A stretch of DNA of 64,000 nucleotides from an uncultured Chloroflexia bacterium (GTDB lineage: Bacteria > Chloroflexota > Limnocylindria > Limnocylindrales > CSP1-4). The notes below the pieces were generated by a model. The model searched no databases. It was not told the origin of the DNA and worked only from the letters and a program-made list of their open reading frames with translations. The translations under genes were made by a program, and so were the position numbers. The first letter of the stretch is position 1. Each line of letters begins with the position of its first letter. The stretch lies in assembly GCA_963707215.1 (NCBI GenBank), contig CAVPPB010000003.1:608001-672000 (forward strand). Direction: 5' to 3'. Below, in pieces: positions 30,775 through 41,416 of this stretch.

Positions 30775-31167
30775 CTACTTGATCTCGACCTTGGCGCCCT
30801 GCTCCTCGAGGGCGGCCTTGATCTTCTCGGCCTCGTCCTTGGCGACGCCCTCCTTGACCGGCTTGGGCGCCGCGTCGACCAGGTCCTTGGCCTCCTTGAG
30901 GCCCAGGCCGGTCAGCTCGCGGACGACCTTGATGACCGGGATCTTGTTGGGTCCGACCTCGGCGAGGACCGCGGCGAACTCGGACTGCTCCTCGGCGGCG
31001 GCGTCGGCGGTCGGAGCGGCGGCTGCCGGGATGCCGGCGGCGACGGCCATCGGAGCGGCGGCGGTGACGCCGAACTTCTCCTCGAAGGCCGTCTTGAACT
31101 CGGCGAGCTCGAGGACGGTCATGTTCTCGAACGCCTCGAGGAGCTGGTCGGTGGTCAGCTTGGCCAT
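30775..31167 (-). CDS. rplL: 50S ribosomal protein bL12
   Basis: [29 protein letters not shown]. Confidence 0.99.
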   Translation of the reverse strand: MAKLTTDQLLEAFENMTVLELAEFKTAFEEKFGVTAAAPMAVAAGIPAAAAPTADAAAEEQSEFAAVLAEVGPNKIPVIKVVRELTGLGLKEAKDLVDAAPKPVKEGVAKDEAEKIKAALEEQGAKVEIK

Positions 31168-31239
31168 GGTTCTGGTGTTCCTCCTTGGGTCCACCCGGCG
31201 GGTCGCGCCGGGTGGCGATGCTGCTGCGTCGGCGGCCGC

Positions 31240-31761
31240 CTAGGCGGCCGAGGCCCTCTGCTCGTGGAGCGCCGAGACGAGCCCGGCGACGTCGCGGAGT
31301 GGCGCGGCCAGCAGGCCGGCCATCGTCGAGAGCGGAGCGGTCACGGTTCCGGCGACCTGGGCGAGCACGACCTCCCGGGCGGGAAGCTCGGCGAGCCGCT
31401 GGACGCCGCTGGCGTCGATGGCCCGGTCGCCGAGGACGGCGCCCGTGACCTTCACCACCTTGTACGGCTTGACGGCGTCGAGAAACGCCTTTGCAGTGGC
31501 GCCCTCGTCGGTGCCGAAGGCGATCGCGGTCGGGCCTTCGAGCAGGGGCGACAGGGCCTCCCCCACCGAGCCCTCGGCGGCGATGCGCATCAGCCGGTTC
31601 TTGACCACCCGGTAGGTGACGTCCTGCTTGCGCAGGGCCACCCGGATGTCGGCGATCTCCTTGACGCTGAGGCCGCGGTACTCCGAGACGATCATGGTCC
31701 GGCTCTGCGAGAGGGCCTCGCGGAGCTGCTCGACCGTCCGTTGCTTGGCCTCCGTCGGCAT
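31240..31761 (-). CDS. rplJ: 50S ribosomal protein uL10
   Basis: YRGLSV, VVKN.L, GPTAIAF, LAELP.RE. Confidence 0.98.
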   Translation of the reverse strand: MPTEAKQRTVEQLREALSQSRTMIVSEYRGLSVKEIADIRVALRKQDVTYRVVKNRLMRIAAEGSVGEALSPLLEGPTAIAFGTDEGATAKAFLDAVKPYKVVKVTGAVLGDRAIDASGVQRLAELPAREVVLAQVAGTVTAPLSTMAGLLAAPLRDVAGLVSALHEQRASAA

Positions 31762-31779
31762 GGACGTCCTCCTTCGTTG

Positions 31780-32035
31780 CTGGCGCGCAGCCGGCGCGCG
31801 GCGGAGGGCGTCGGTCCCGGGGGACCGGAACGCCCCTGCGACGACTCCCGTGGCTCGCAGGGGCGCGGTTCCCCACCAAGGGGGGCGCTGGTCCTGCCTC
31901 GGCGTGCTCGCCGTCGTCCCCGGCACCGGTCGATCCGGCTGCCGATCCGATCCGGCGGATCAAGCCCCGACCGACGGTGACCGGCCGATGCCGGTCGGTC
32001 CGCGGTCCGCGGGCGCAGGCTGTCTGCGGCGGTCC
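31780..32035 (-). promoter_or_regulatory. Probable L10 leader (autoregulatory RNA)
   Basis: GCCGCAGACAGC...CGCCGAGGC core resembling L10_leader, in a 325-nt rplA-rplJ spacer with many stems. Confidence 0.55.
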
Positions 32036-32086
32036 GTCGTCTTCTGTTGTCCGATGGCGCGCCCGCCGGCCGCCATCACGTCTGGT

Positions 32087-32797
32087 CTAGGCCGCGGCGG
32101 CGACCGCGAGGAGCGCGGGAACCTCGACCCGGACGCCCGGGCCCATGGTGCTGGAGATCGAGAGGCCCTTGAGGTACTGCCCCTTGGCACCCGAGGGACG
32201 GGCGCGGTTCACCGCGTCCATCAGAGCGGCGAGGTTGGCGACGAGGGCCTCGCCCTCGAAGCTCGCCTTGCCGACCGGGACGTGGATGATGCCGGCCTTG
32301 TCGACCTTGTACTCGACCCGGCCGGCCTTGACCTCACCGATCGCTCGCTCGAGGTCGAAGGTGATCGTCCCGGCCTTGGGATTCGGCATCAGGCCGCGGC
32401 GGCCGAGGATCTTCCCCAGGCGACCGACCTGGCCCATCAGGTCCGGCGTCGCGAGGGCCACGTCGAAGTCCAGCCAGCCAGCCTCGATCTTCTTCACGAG
32501 GTCGTCGCTGCCGACCTCGTCGGCTCCTGCCCGCAGCGCCTCCTGGGCCTTGTCGCCCTGGGCGAAGACGGCGACCCGGACGGACTTGCCGGTGCCGTGG
32601 GGCAGGACGACCGTGCCGCGGACCATCTGGTCGGCGTGGCGCGGATCGACGCCGAGGCGGATGTGGGCCTCGACGGTAGGATCGAAGCCGAGGGTCGAGG
32701 TCTGCTTGACGAGCTCGACGGCCTCGGTGGGCGGGTAGAGGTGCTCGCGATCGACGAGCTCAGCGGCGGCGCGATAGCGCTTCCCGTGCTTGGTCAT
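32087..32797 (-). CDS. rplA: 50S ribosomal protein uL1
   Basis: [37 protein letters not shown]. Confidence 0.99.
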   Translation of the reverse strand: MTKHGKRYRAAAELVDREHLYPPTEAVELVKQTSTLGFDPTVEAHIRLGVDPRHADQMVRGTVVLPHGTGKSVRVAVFAQGDKAQEALRAGADEVGSDDLVKKIEAGWLDFDVALATPDLMGQVGRLGKILGRRGLMPNPKAGTITFDLERAIGEVKAGRVEYKVDKAGIIHVPVGKASFEGEALVANLAALMDAVNRARPSGAKGQYLKGLSISSTMGPGVRVEVPALLAVAAAA

Positions 32798-32804
32798 GTC
32801 GTAC

Positions 32805-32832
32805 TCCTGTCGGCCCAGGCGGGCCTCCCCCT
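32805..32832 (-). promoter_or_regulatory. Putative uL1-binding mRNA site before rplA
   Basis: GGGGGAG-GCCC-loop-GGGC-CGAC next to the rplA SD, resembling L1 autoregulatory sites. Confidence 0.45.
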
Positions 32833-32879
32833 TGTCGCGGGGTGATCGATCCGGCGAACGGTGCCGGCACCGGGTCTTC

Positions 32880-33305
32880 CTAGCCGACCACCTCGATGCC
32901 CATGCTGCGGGCGGTCCCCTCGACCTGGCGCATCGCGGCCTCGATGTCGTTGGCGTTGAGATCGATCATCTTGGTCTCGGCGATCTCTCGCACCTGGTCT
33001 CGACTCACCCGCCCGACGATGGTCCGCTTGGCCGTCGCTGCACCCTTGTCCAGGCCGGCCGCCTTGCGGAGCAGGTCCGCGGCTGGCGGGGTCTTGAGGA
33101 CGAAGGTGAATGAACGGTCCTCGAAGATCGTGATCTGGGCCGGGATGATCTGGCCGACCTTGTCGGCGGTCTTCTCGTTGTAGGCCTTGGTGAACTCGAC
33201 GATGTTGATGCCGTGCGGGCCCAGGGCGGTGCCGACGGGCGGCGCAGGCGTCGCCTTGCCGGCGGGGAGCTGGAGCGTGAGGACGATGCGGATCTTCTTC
33301 GCCAC
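32880..33305 (-). CDS. rplK: 50S ribosomal protein uL11
   Basis: [27 protein letters not shown]. Confidence 0.99.
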   Translation of the reverse strand: MAKKIRIVLTLQLPAGKATPAPPVGTALGPHGINIVEFTKAYNEKTADKVGQIIPAQITIFEDRSFTFVLKTPPAADLLRKAAGLDKGAATAKRTIVGRVSRDQVREIAETKMIDLNANDIEAAMRQVEGTARSMGIEVVG

Positions 33306-33338
33306 GGGCGCGGGGTCCCTTCTCTCTTGGTCGCTGTG

Positions 33339-33908
33339 CTAGAGCTTCTCGACCTGCAGGAAGTCGAGCTCGACGGGCGTCTCCCGGCCGAAGATGCTGA
33401 CCAGGACCTTGACCTTGTTGCGCTCGGGGTTGACCTCCTCGACCGTGCCGATGAACTCGGCGAACGGCCCGTCGGTCACCCGGACGCTCTGGCCCTTCTG
33501 GAAGGCCACCCGGTACTTCGGCGTCTCGACGCCCATGTGCCGCAGGATCTGCTTGACCTCGCTCTCATCGAGCGGGATGGGCTCGCTGCGGGTCCCCGGC
33601 ATGTTGCCGCCACCGACGAAGCTGGTGACGCCCGGCGTGTTGCGGACGACGTACCAGCTGTCGGGGTCGAGGATCATCTCGACCAGGACGTAGCCCGGGT
33701 AGACCTTCTTCTGGACGGTGTGCCGCTGGCCCTGGCGGATCTCGATCTCGTCCTCCATGGGCACGAGGACCTGGAAGATGCGGTCCTCCATCCCCATCGA
33801 CTCGATGCGGTGCTCCAGGTTGGTCTTGACCTTGTTCTCGTAGCCCGAGTAGGTGTGGATGACGTACCAGCGCTTCTCGCGCTTCTCCTGCATCGTCTCG
33901 ATGGTCAC
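33339..33908 (-). CDS. nusG: Transcription elongation factor NusG
   Basis: [40 protein letters not shown]. Confidence 0.98.
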   Translation of the reverse strand: MTIETMQEKREKRWYVIHTYSGYENKVKTNLEHRIESMGMEDRIFQVLVPMEDEIEIRQGQRHTVQKKVYPGYVLVEMILDPDSWYVVRNTPGVTSFVGGGNMPGTRSEPIPLDESEVKQILRHMGVETPKYRVAFQKGQSVRVTDGPFAEFIGTVEEVNPERNKVKVLVSIFGRETPVELDFLQVEKL

Positions 33909-34096
33909 CCCACCACCCCCTCGAGCAACGCGACCGCCTGGGTGAACACGATGTCGAGCACGGTGATGTAGACGCCGACGGCAAGGCTGATGATGAAGAC
34001 CAGGATGGTCAGCGTCCTCACCTGCTCGGGCGTCGGCCAGGTGACCTTCTTGAGCTCGGACCACGCCTCCTGGAGGAAGCGGCGGATTCGTGTCAC
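33905..34096 (-). CDS. secE: Preprotein translocase SecE (single TM)
   Basis: ELKKVTWP followed by a TM helix; between tRNA-Trp and nusG. Confidence 0.96.
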   Translation of the reverse strand: MTRIRRFLQEAWSELKKVTWPTPEQVRTLTILVFIISLAVGVYITVLDIVFTQAVALLEGVVG

Positions 34097-34126
34097 GTCA
34101 GGTGGTTCTCTCTCGACTATCTGTGG

Positions 34127-34203
34127 TGGCAGGGGCGATAGGACTCGAACCTACAACCGCCGGTTTTGGAGACCGGTGCTCTGCCAAATTGAGCTACGCC
34201 CCT
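34127..34203 (-). tRNA. tRNA-Trp (CCA)
   Basis: Cloverleaf AGGGGCG...CGCCCCTGCCA; anticodon loop CT-CCA-AA. Confidence 0.97.
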
Positions 34204-34224
34204 ACGATGCGGCCGGCCCGACCG

Positions 34225-34389
34225 CTACTTGGCCTCCCGGTGGAGGGTGTGCCGCCGCTCCCGCGGACAGTACTTCATGAACTCCAACCGGTTGGGATCG
34301 TTCCTCTTGTTCTTGCGGGTCGCGTAGTTGCGCTGCTTGCACTCCGTGCAGGCAAGCTGGATGACCGGCCGGTTCTCCGCCTTCGCCAT
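34225..34389 (-). CDS. rpmG: 50S ribosomal protein bL33
   Basis: Manual translation: [54 protein letters not shown]. Confidence 0.97.
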   Translation of the reverse strand: MAKAENRPVIQLACTECKQRNYATRKNKRNDPNRLEFMKYCPRERRHTLHREAK

Positions 34390-34395
34390 GGCGCC

Positions 34396-35592
34396 CTACT
34401 CGATGATGCTGGTGATCGCCCCGGCACCGACGGTCCGGCCGCCCTCGCGGATGGCGAAGCGCTGGCCGGTCTCGATGGCGATCGGGGTGATGAGCTCGAC
34501 GGTCATCTCGACGTTGTCGCCGGGCATGACCATCTCGGCGCCGTCGGGCAGGCCGATCGAGCCGGTCACGTCGGTCGTCCGCAGGTAGAACTGCGGCCGG
34601 TAGCCGTTGTAGAAGGGGGTGTGGCGGCCACCCTCGTCGCGGGTCAGGACGTAGACCTGGGCGGTGAACTTCGTGTGGGGGGTGATCGAGCCGGGCTTGG
34701 CGAGGACCTGGCCCCGCTCGATGTCGTCGCGCTCGATGCCCCGCAGGAGGCAGCCGACGTTGTCGCCGGCCTCGCCCGCGTCGAGGAGCTTCTTGAACAT
34801 CTCGACGCCGGTGACGACGACCTTGCGGGTGGCGTGGATGCCGACGATCTCGACCTCGTCGCCGACCTTGATCATGCCGCGCTCGACGCGACCGGTCGCC
34901 ACGGTCCCCCGGCCCTTGATGCCGAAGACGTCCTCGACCGGCATGAGGAAGGGCCGGTCGATCGCCCGCTCGGGGTTGGGGATGTACGTGTCGACCGCGT
35001 CCATGAGCTCCTGGATCGGGGCGTAGGCCGGGTCGGACGGGTCGTCGGGGGCCTCGAGGGCCTTGAGGGCGGAGCCGCGGATGACCGGGATGTCGTCACC
35101 CGGGAACTGGTACTTGGAGAGGAGCTCGCGGACCTCGAGCTCGACGAGGTCGAGGAGCTCGGGGTCGTCGACGGCGTCGACCTTGTTGAGGAAGACGACG
35201 ATGAAGGGCACCTCGACCTGGCGCGCCAGGAGGATGTGCTCGCGGGTCTGGGGCATCGGCCCGTCGGTCGCGGCGACGACGAGGATCGCCCCGTCCATCT
35301 GGGCGGCGCCGGTGATCATGTTCTTGATGTAGTCGGCGTGCCCGGGACAGTCGACGTGGGCGTAGTGGCGGGCGTCGGTCTCGTACTCGACGTGGGCGAT
35401 GGCGATGGTGATCCCGCGCTCGCGCTCCTCGGGAGCGTTGTCGATCGACTCGAAGGCGCGGTACTCGGCCTCGCCCTTGAGGGCCAGGTACTTGGTGATC
35501 GCCGCCGTCAGGCTCGTCTTGCCGTGGTCGATGTGGCCGATCGTCCCGACGTTGACGTGGGGCTTGGTGCGCTCGAACTTCTTCTTGGCCAC
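34396..35592 (-). CDS. tuf: Elongation factor Tu (tRNA-linked copy)
   Basis: GTG start; protein identical to the 18079-19275 copy except one E/D. Confidence 0.99.
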   Translation of the reverse strand: MAKKKFERTKPHVNVGTIGHIDHGKTSLTAAITKYLALKGEAEYRAFESIDNAPEERERGITIAIAHVEYETDARHYAHVDCPGHADYIKNMITGAAQMDGAILVVAATDGPMPQTREHILLARQVEVPFIVVFLNKVDAVDDPELLDLVELEVRELLSKYQFPGDDIPVIRGSALKALEAPDDPSDPAYAPIQELMDAVDTYIPNPERAIDRPFLMPVEDVFGIKGRGTVATGRVERGMIKVGDEVEIVGIHATRKVVVTGVEMFKKLLDAGEAGDNVGCLLRGIERDDIERGQVLAKPGSITPHTKFTAQVYVLTRDEGGRHTPFYNGYRPQFYLRTTDVTGSIGLPDGAEMVMPGDNVEMTVELITPIAIETGQRFAIREGGRTVGAGAITSIIE

Positions 35593-35695
35593 GGGGGCTC
35601 GTTCTCCACTACTGCCCGGTCGTCCCACCCGCCCTGCCGGGCGCGCTGGCGCGACGCTGGATCGCTGTCGAACGCGAAGGGATCCGCCCGGATGA

Positions 35696-35771
35696 TGGAG
35701 CCCACAATCGGACTTGAACCGATGACCTCTTCCTTACCAAGGAAGTGCTCTGCCGGCTGAGCTATGTGGGC
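35696..35771 (-). tRNA. tRNA-Thr (GGT)
   Basis: GCCCACA...TGTGGGCTCCA; anticodon TT-GGT-AA. Confidence 0.97.
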
Positions 35772-35816
35772 CCGCTGGCCGACCGGTGAGATCGGGTCCG
35801 GAGGGCGATTCGCGAT

Positions 35817-35892
35817 TGGAGCCGACGCCGGGATCCGAACCCGGAACCTGCGGTTTACAAAACCGCCGCTCTGCCAGTTGAGCTACGTCGGC
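35817..35892 (-). tRNA. tRNA-Thr (TGT)
   Basis: GCCGACG...CGTCGGCTCCA; anticodon TT-TGT-AA. Confidence 0.96.
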
Positions 35893-35932
35893 GCGCACGG
35901 CTATCCCGCTCGGGACCCCGGAGCGCCCGCGA

Positions 35933-35962
35933 ATGATAGGTCCGGGGGCCCCGGAGGGTCAA
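35933..35962 (-). promoter_or_regulatory. sigma70 promoter for the tRNA-Thr/tuf operon
   Basis: TTGACC-N18-TATCAT. Confidence 0.65.
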
Positions 35963-36000
35963 GCGAGCCGCTCGGGGGACGTTCCCGGCTGCTGCGCGGA

Positions 36001-37620
36001 TCAGGCTGGGTCTGGCCCGCCGGGGAGCAGGTCCTCCTCGCTCCCGCTCCCGCCTCCGGGCACATCATCGTCGGTGGATCCGTCGCGCCCGGTCCCGTCG
36101 TGCCCCCGTGACCGGCGATGGCCACGCTGCCCGGGTCGTCGCCGGGGGCGGCCGCGGCCACTTCAGCGCCGACACCGTCGGGATCTAGCTCGACCGCGTC
36201 GAGGTCGTCATCCACCTTGGGCTCGGTCGGTCCAGGGTCAGACGGAGCCTCGGCACCGCCGTCCGGATCCCGCTGGGCCACCGCCTCGAAGAGCAGGATC
36301 GATCCGGCCACCGCCGCGTTGAGCGAACCGACGGCCCCCCGCATCGGGATCCGGATGAAGAGATCGCAGCGCCGTCGCACGGCCGCACCGAGGCCCCGTC
36401 CCTCCGAGCCGACGACGACGACGAGCGGGCCCCGCAGGTCCGCCTGGCGGGCGGTCAGCGACGCCTGGGCCTCCGAGCCGACGACCCGGATCCCTCGGGC
36501 CCGAAGGTCGACGAGGGTCGCCGGCAGATCGACCGACCGGCGCCAGCAGGAGATGCTCGACCGCGCCAGCGGAGGCCTTCTCCGCCGCCGGCGTGATGGG
36601 AGCCTGCCGGTGGACCGGGTACACGACGCCATGCACGCCGGCCGCCTCGGCGCTGCGAAGGAGGGTCCCCACGTTCTGGGGGTCCTCGAGCGAATCGAGG
36701 ACAAGGACGAACGGCGGCTCGCCTCGAGCGACCGCCCGGGCGAGGATCTCGTCGATCGAGGCCGGCCGGCGACGCTCCACGACGAGGGCGACTCCCTGGT
36801 GCCCGTCGAATCCGGCCACCGCGGTCAGTGAGCCACCCTCGACCTCCAGGATCGGGATCCGCAGCCGGGTGGCGTGGAGGACGATCTGCTCGAGCGCATC
36901 GCGGCGGTGCGGGACGACGAGCAGACGGCGAGCGGGTCGCCGGGCGACGAACGCCTCCTCGACCGGGCGCCGGCCGGCCACGATCTCCTCGTCCTCGCCG
37001 AGCCGAGGCACGGGCGCCGCGCTCGGACGACGGACCGGCGGATACGCTGCCCCGGGGCCTGCGCCCGGCCAGCGGCCCGGCCGAGGATCCCGCTCGTGGC
37101 CGCCGGGGCCGGGCGGTCGACCGTAGGGTCCGGGCCGCCGCCCGCCCGGGCGCGGCGGCCCCTCGTGACGTCGGTCGGCAGGATAGGGCCTCGGACCGGG
37201 TCTGGCACCGGGCGAGCGGCCCTGGGGGTACGGAGGCCTTGGCCCGCGGGCGTCTCCCTCGCCACGCGGTCCGCGGTCCGGGCGAGGTCCCGCCTCACCC
37301 GGACGGCCGCGGCGATCCGGGCGGTCCGCTCCGCGCCAGCCGAAGCTATCGCGGCTCACAGGACGGCCGCCTCCCGGCGACCCACCGGAGCGGTCGCGAT
37401 CGTCGGGGCGGCCCGGCTTCGGGTCCTGATCCGAACGAGAGCGAGACCGGTCGTCACCGTCGGCCGCCGGTCGCGAGGGACCGCCCTCCGGCGGTCGAGT
37501 GGAGGATCGCTTCGGAGCCGGATCCTTCCCGTGTCCCCCTGGCGACCCCCCGGACTTCCCTCCGGGCTTCCCCCCGGACTTCCCTCGGCCCTTCGGTGGC
37601 GGGCGGCGTTCGTCAGGCAT
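36001..37620 (-). CDS. rlmB: 23S rRNA (G2251-2'-O)-methyltransferase RlmB with long N-terminal low-complexity extension (frameshifted; 3' end 36001 or 35901)
   Basis: HQGVAL, LDSLEDPQNVG.LLRSA, KASAGA; after an indel near 36535, VGSEG.G and IPMRG.V.SLN.AVA (SPOUT motifs). Confidence 0.9.
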
Positions 37621-39026
37621 CGAGCGACGCCTCGGTTCGACGCCATCGCTGCCCGTCGCGGGTGTCCTCGACCACGACGCCCCGCTCCAGCAGTGCATCG
37701 CGGAGTCGATCGGAGGCCGCCCAGTCACGCTCTGCCCGCGCCCGGGCACGCTCGTCGAGCAGCGCCTGCAGCGCTGGCGACAGCTCAGCCTCGGGGTCGG
37801 GGCCGATCGCCAGGACCTGATCGAGCTCGGCCAGCATCCCGAGGGCCCGGGCGGCGTCGGCGACCGACAACTGGCGGGCGTCGATCCGTCGGTTCAGCTC
37901 ACGGACCAGGTCGAAGATGGCGGCCAGCGCGGCCGAGACGTTGAGGTCGTCATCGAGGGCGGCCTCGAAACGAGCCCGGGCGCCGGAGAGCACCGTCGCC
38001 ATCCCCGGCTCGTCGGGAGCGTCCGAGCGGTACGCACGGAGAGCGGCGACCAGGGTGTCGTAGCGCTCGATGGCGGCGGCGGCGGCGGCCAGCGACTCGT
38101 CGCTGAACTCGAGCGGCATCCGGTACTGCACGCTGATCAGCGCCAGGCGGAGCGCGCGGGGCGACGTGCCGAGCCTCGATGAGGTCGGCGACCTTCGCGA
38201 TGTTGCCCTCCGACTTGGCCATCTTGCGGCCGCCCATCCGCAGGTGGGCGCAGTGCAGCCAGGTCTGGACGAAGGGCTGGCCGGTGGCCGCCTCGCTCTG
38301 GGCGATCTCGTCCTCGTGGTGCGGGAAGACCAGGTCCTCCCCGCCCGTGTGGATGTCGAACGACGGGCCGAGGTGGGCCATGCTCATCGCCGAGCACTCG
38401 ATGTGCCAGCCGGGACGTCCCGGGCCGATCGTCGTCTGCCACGAGGGCTCGGCATCTCGGGGGCCCTTCCAGAGCGCGAAGTCGCGGACGTCGTCCTTGG
38501 CGTACTCGTCGGCCACCACCCGCTCCCCCACCCGTTGCTGGCCGGGTTCGAGCCGGGCGAGGCGGCCGTAGGTCGGCCAGGACGCGATCCGGAAGAAGAT
38601 CGAGCCGTCGTCGGTCCGGTAGGCATGGCCGCGCTCGAGCAGGATCGTGATCAGGTCCACGATGGCGCCGATGTGCTCGGTGGCCCTCGGCAGGACATCC
38701 GGGGTCGTCATCCGCAGGGCCGTGGCGTCGGCCAGGAAGCGCCGGGTCCAGCGCTCGGCAAGCTCGGCCGTCGGGATCCCCTCGGCCGCCGCCCCCCGGA
38801 TGATCTTGTCGTCGATGTCCGTGATGTTCATGACCCAGGTGACCCGGAGCCCGCGGAAGCGGAGGTAGCGGACCAGGAGGTCGGCGGCCAGGAACGAGCG
38901 GAAGTTGCCCACGTGGGCGGGGCCGTAGACCGTCGGGCCGCAGCTGTAGATCCGGACGCGGTCCGGTTCGAGCGGCTCGAGCGGGCGGACCGAGCCACTG
39001 AGGGTGTCGTGGAGGCTGATCGTCAT
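37613..39026 (-). CDS. cysS: Cysteine--tRNA ligase (indel near 38170)
   Basis: CGPTVY..AHVGN, DFALWK, GRPGWHIECSAM, HTGG.DL.FPHHE, KMAKS; anticodon-binding domain in the second frame. Confidence 0.96.
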
Positions 39027-40237
39027 CGGCCGGCCGCCTCGATCACCACGACGGCCCGGGCCGACATCGCGCGACCGGCCCCCTCGTCGCCGGCCAGGTT
39101 ACCGGTCGAAGCCTTGACGCTCACCCGCTCGGTCGCGAGTCCGAGTGCCGCGGCGATCGTCGCGGTCATCGGGTCGAGCCAGCCGGCCAGGCGCGGACGC
39201 GCCCCGATGATCGTCAGATCGACCGACGAGGGTCGATAGCCCGCAGCCTCGAGCCTCTCGACGACGGTGGACACGAGCAGGGTCGACGCGATGCCGCGGG
39301 GCGTCGATGGGCCGGCCGGGAAGAGCCTCCCCAGGTCGCCGAGCCCGGCGGCCCCCAGTAGCGCGTCGGCGACCGCGTGGAGGGCGACGTCCCCGTCGGA
39401 GTGTCCTGCCAGCCGGGGGGCTCCCGGGATCTCGATGCCGCCGAGGGCCAGCGGCGTGCCGGGCCCGAAGGGATGGCTATCGTGCCCGAAGCCGACCCGG
39501 ATCCCGGTCATGGCACCCAGCGCGATCTCGGCCCGCAGGAGATCCTCGGGCACCGTCACCTTGAGGTTGGAGGGTTCGCCGGGAACGACATGGACGGCGA
39601 TGCTACAGGATTCGAGGAGGGCGGCCTCGTCGGTCCACTCCTCGCGGCCCGTCGGGTCGCGCCGGGTATGGGCGAGCCTGAAGGCGGCCCGGGTGGCGCC
39701 CTGCGGCGTCTGGGCGGTGCCGAGCCCTGTCCGGTCCACGGTCTCGTGGACGCGATCGCCGTCGATCCGCTTGACGGTCTCCACGAGTGGCAGGATGGGG
39801 ACGGCCGCACCGCACCGCTGGACCGCTTCGACGACCCGCAGGACCAGCTCGGCCCTGACGAGCGGGCGAGCCCCATCGTGGACGAGCACGACCCTGTCGT
39901 CGGGGACGGCCGCATCGTCCATCGAGTCGAGCCGGTCGAGCTCGGCAAGACCCGACGCGACGGACTCCTGGCGGCGGCGGCCCCCGGCCACTACTGCGGC
40001 CACAGCCCCGGGCAGCCCCGGGCGCGAGCGGAGTGCCTCTACCCGATCGGCCGATACCACGAGGACGATGCGCTCGAGGCCCGGAACCTCGGCCAGCGCC
40101 GCCAGGGTCCGGTCGAGGACCGGACGGCCCGCGAGCAGCGCCTCGAGCTTGTCGACGCCCCCCATGCGACGGCTCGACCCGGCGGCCACGACGATGGCGT
40201 CGAAGGGGATGTGGCCCCCTTGACGGTCGGCGCTCAC
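39023..40237 (-). CDS. ispDF: Bifunctional IspD/IspF (MEP pathway)
   Basis: AAG.SRRM, VHDGARP, QTPQ, N.KVT.PED; then GFGHDSH, GHSDGDV..HA..DA.LGA. Confidence 0.95.
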   Translation of the reverse strand: MSADRQGGHIPFDAIVVAAGSSRRMGGVDKLEALLAGRPVLDRTLAALAEVPGLERIVLVVSADRVEALRSRPGLPGAVAAVVAGGRRRQESVASGLAELDRLDSMDDAAVPDDRVVLVHDGARPLVRAELVLRVVEAVQRCGAAVPILPLVETVKRIDGDRVHETVDRTGLGTAQTPQGATRAAFRLAHTRRDPTGREEWTDEAALLESCSIAVHVVPGEPSNLKVTVPEDLLRAEIALGAMTGIRVGFGHDSHPFGPGTPLALGGIEIPGAPRLAGHSDGDVALHAVADALLGAAGLGDLGRLFPAGPSTPRGIASTLLVSTVVERLEAAGYRPSSVDLTIIGARPRLAGWLDPMTATIAAALGLATERVSVKASTGNLAGDEGAGRAMSARAVVVIEAAGR

Positions 40238-41292
40238 TCGGGCTTCGGCTGCGCGAAGACCATCCGCCCGGCCACCGTCTGGAGCACGCGGGTGACGGTC
40301 ACCTCGAGATCGCGGTCGAGGAAGCGGACCCCGCCCTCGACGACGATCATCGTTCCGTCGTCGAGGAAGCCGACGCCCTGCCCCGACTCCTTGCCCTCCT
40401 GGATCACCCGGACCTCGAGCTCCTCACCGGGCAGCACGGCCGGCTTCACGGCATTCGCCAGCGAGTTGACGTTCATGACCCGGACGCCCTGCAGCTCGGC
40501 GACCCGGTTGAGATTGAAGTCGTTGGTGAGGATGACCTTGCTGCGCGCCTTGGCCAAGGCGACGAGCTTGGCGTCGACCTCGTCCGCCTCGGGGACCTCG
40601 TCGTCGACGATCTCGACCGGGGTAGGCCCGTCCTTCTGCATCCGGCCGAGGATCTCGAGCCCGCGGCGTCCTCGGTTCCGACGCATCGTGTCGGGACTGT
40701 CGGCGATCCGCTGGAGCTCCTCGAGTACGAAGCGTGGGACGACCAGCGTCCCGTAGATGAAGCCCGAATCCACGACGTCGGCGATCCGACCATCGATGAT
40801 GACGCTCGTGTCCACCACGATCCGGGGTTCTCCGCTGCCCGCGTCGCCGGCCTCCGTCTTCTGGGGCCGGAAGATGCCGAAGGCCTCGGCGGCCGCGACG
40901 AGGTCCTCGCGCTTGGCGACGGTCAGCCCGACCATCCCGAAGCCGAGGATGATCGAGACGGCGAGGGGCAGGATGTCACCCAGCGGACCCTCGATCTGGG
41001 AGAGCGGGATCCCGAGGAGCAGCCCCATGAGCAGGCCTACCAGGAGGCCCGCGACCGCGGTCACGAACTCGGCCGTCGACAGCTCCTGGGTCCGCCGCAC
41101 CAGCCAGGCGGCGGGCACGACCGTCAGGTAGGGGAAAACGGCGAAGCCGACCACGACCCAGGCCACCACCCAGGTCGCCAGCAGCGCCCCGCCGTAGTCG
41201 CCTCCTCCGGCGATGTCCGGCAGCGACGCCGCGAGGCCCAGCCCGAAGATCCCTCCCAGGGCGGCTCCCAGCAGGCGGATGTTCCGGATCAC
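40234..41292 (-). CDS. Membrane PIN/TRAM domain protein (YacL-like)
   Basis: 4 TM segments, DTSVIIDGRI, RGRRGL, TND.NL, GKE..QGVGFLDDGTMIVVE; radA-yacL-ispD synteny. Confidence 0.93.
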   Translation of the reverse strand: MIRNIRLLGAALGGIFGLGLAASLPDIAGGGDYGGALLATWVVAWVVVGFAVFPYLTVVPAAWLVRRTQELSTAEFVTAVAGLLVGLLMGLLLGIPLSQIEGPLGDILPLAVSIILGFGMVGLTVAKREDLVAAAEAFGIFRPQKTEAGDAGSGEPRIVVDTSVIIDGRIADVVDSGFIYGTLVVPRFVLEELQRIADSPDTMRRNRGRRGLEILGRMQKDGPTPVEIVDDEVPEADEVDAKLVALAKARSKVILTNDFNLNRVAELQGVRVMNVNSLANAVKPAVLPGEELEVRVIQEGKESGQGVGFLDDGTMIVVEGGVRFLDRDLEVTVTRVLQTVAGRMVFAQPKPE

Positions 41293-41416
41293 CTCGGTCT
41301 CGCTAGCTCGAGGGTGGGCCAGGCGGCGGTCCAAGCCGATCCCCCGGGTCGGTCGGGTCCCCGGGCGGCCGCCAGCCTAGCACCGTCGAGTGGCCGGCCG
41401 CCACGGCCGGCCAGCC

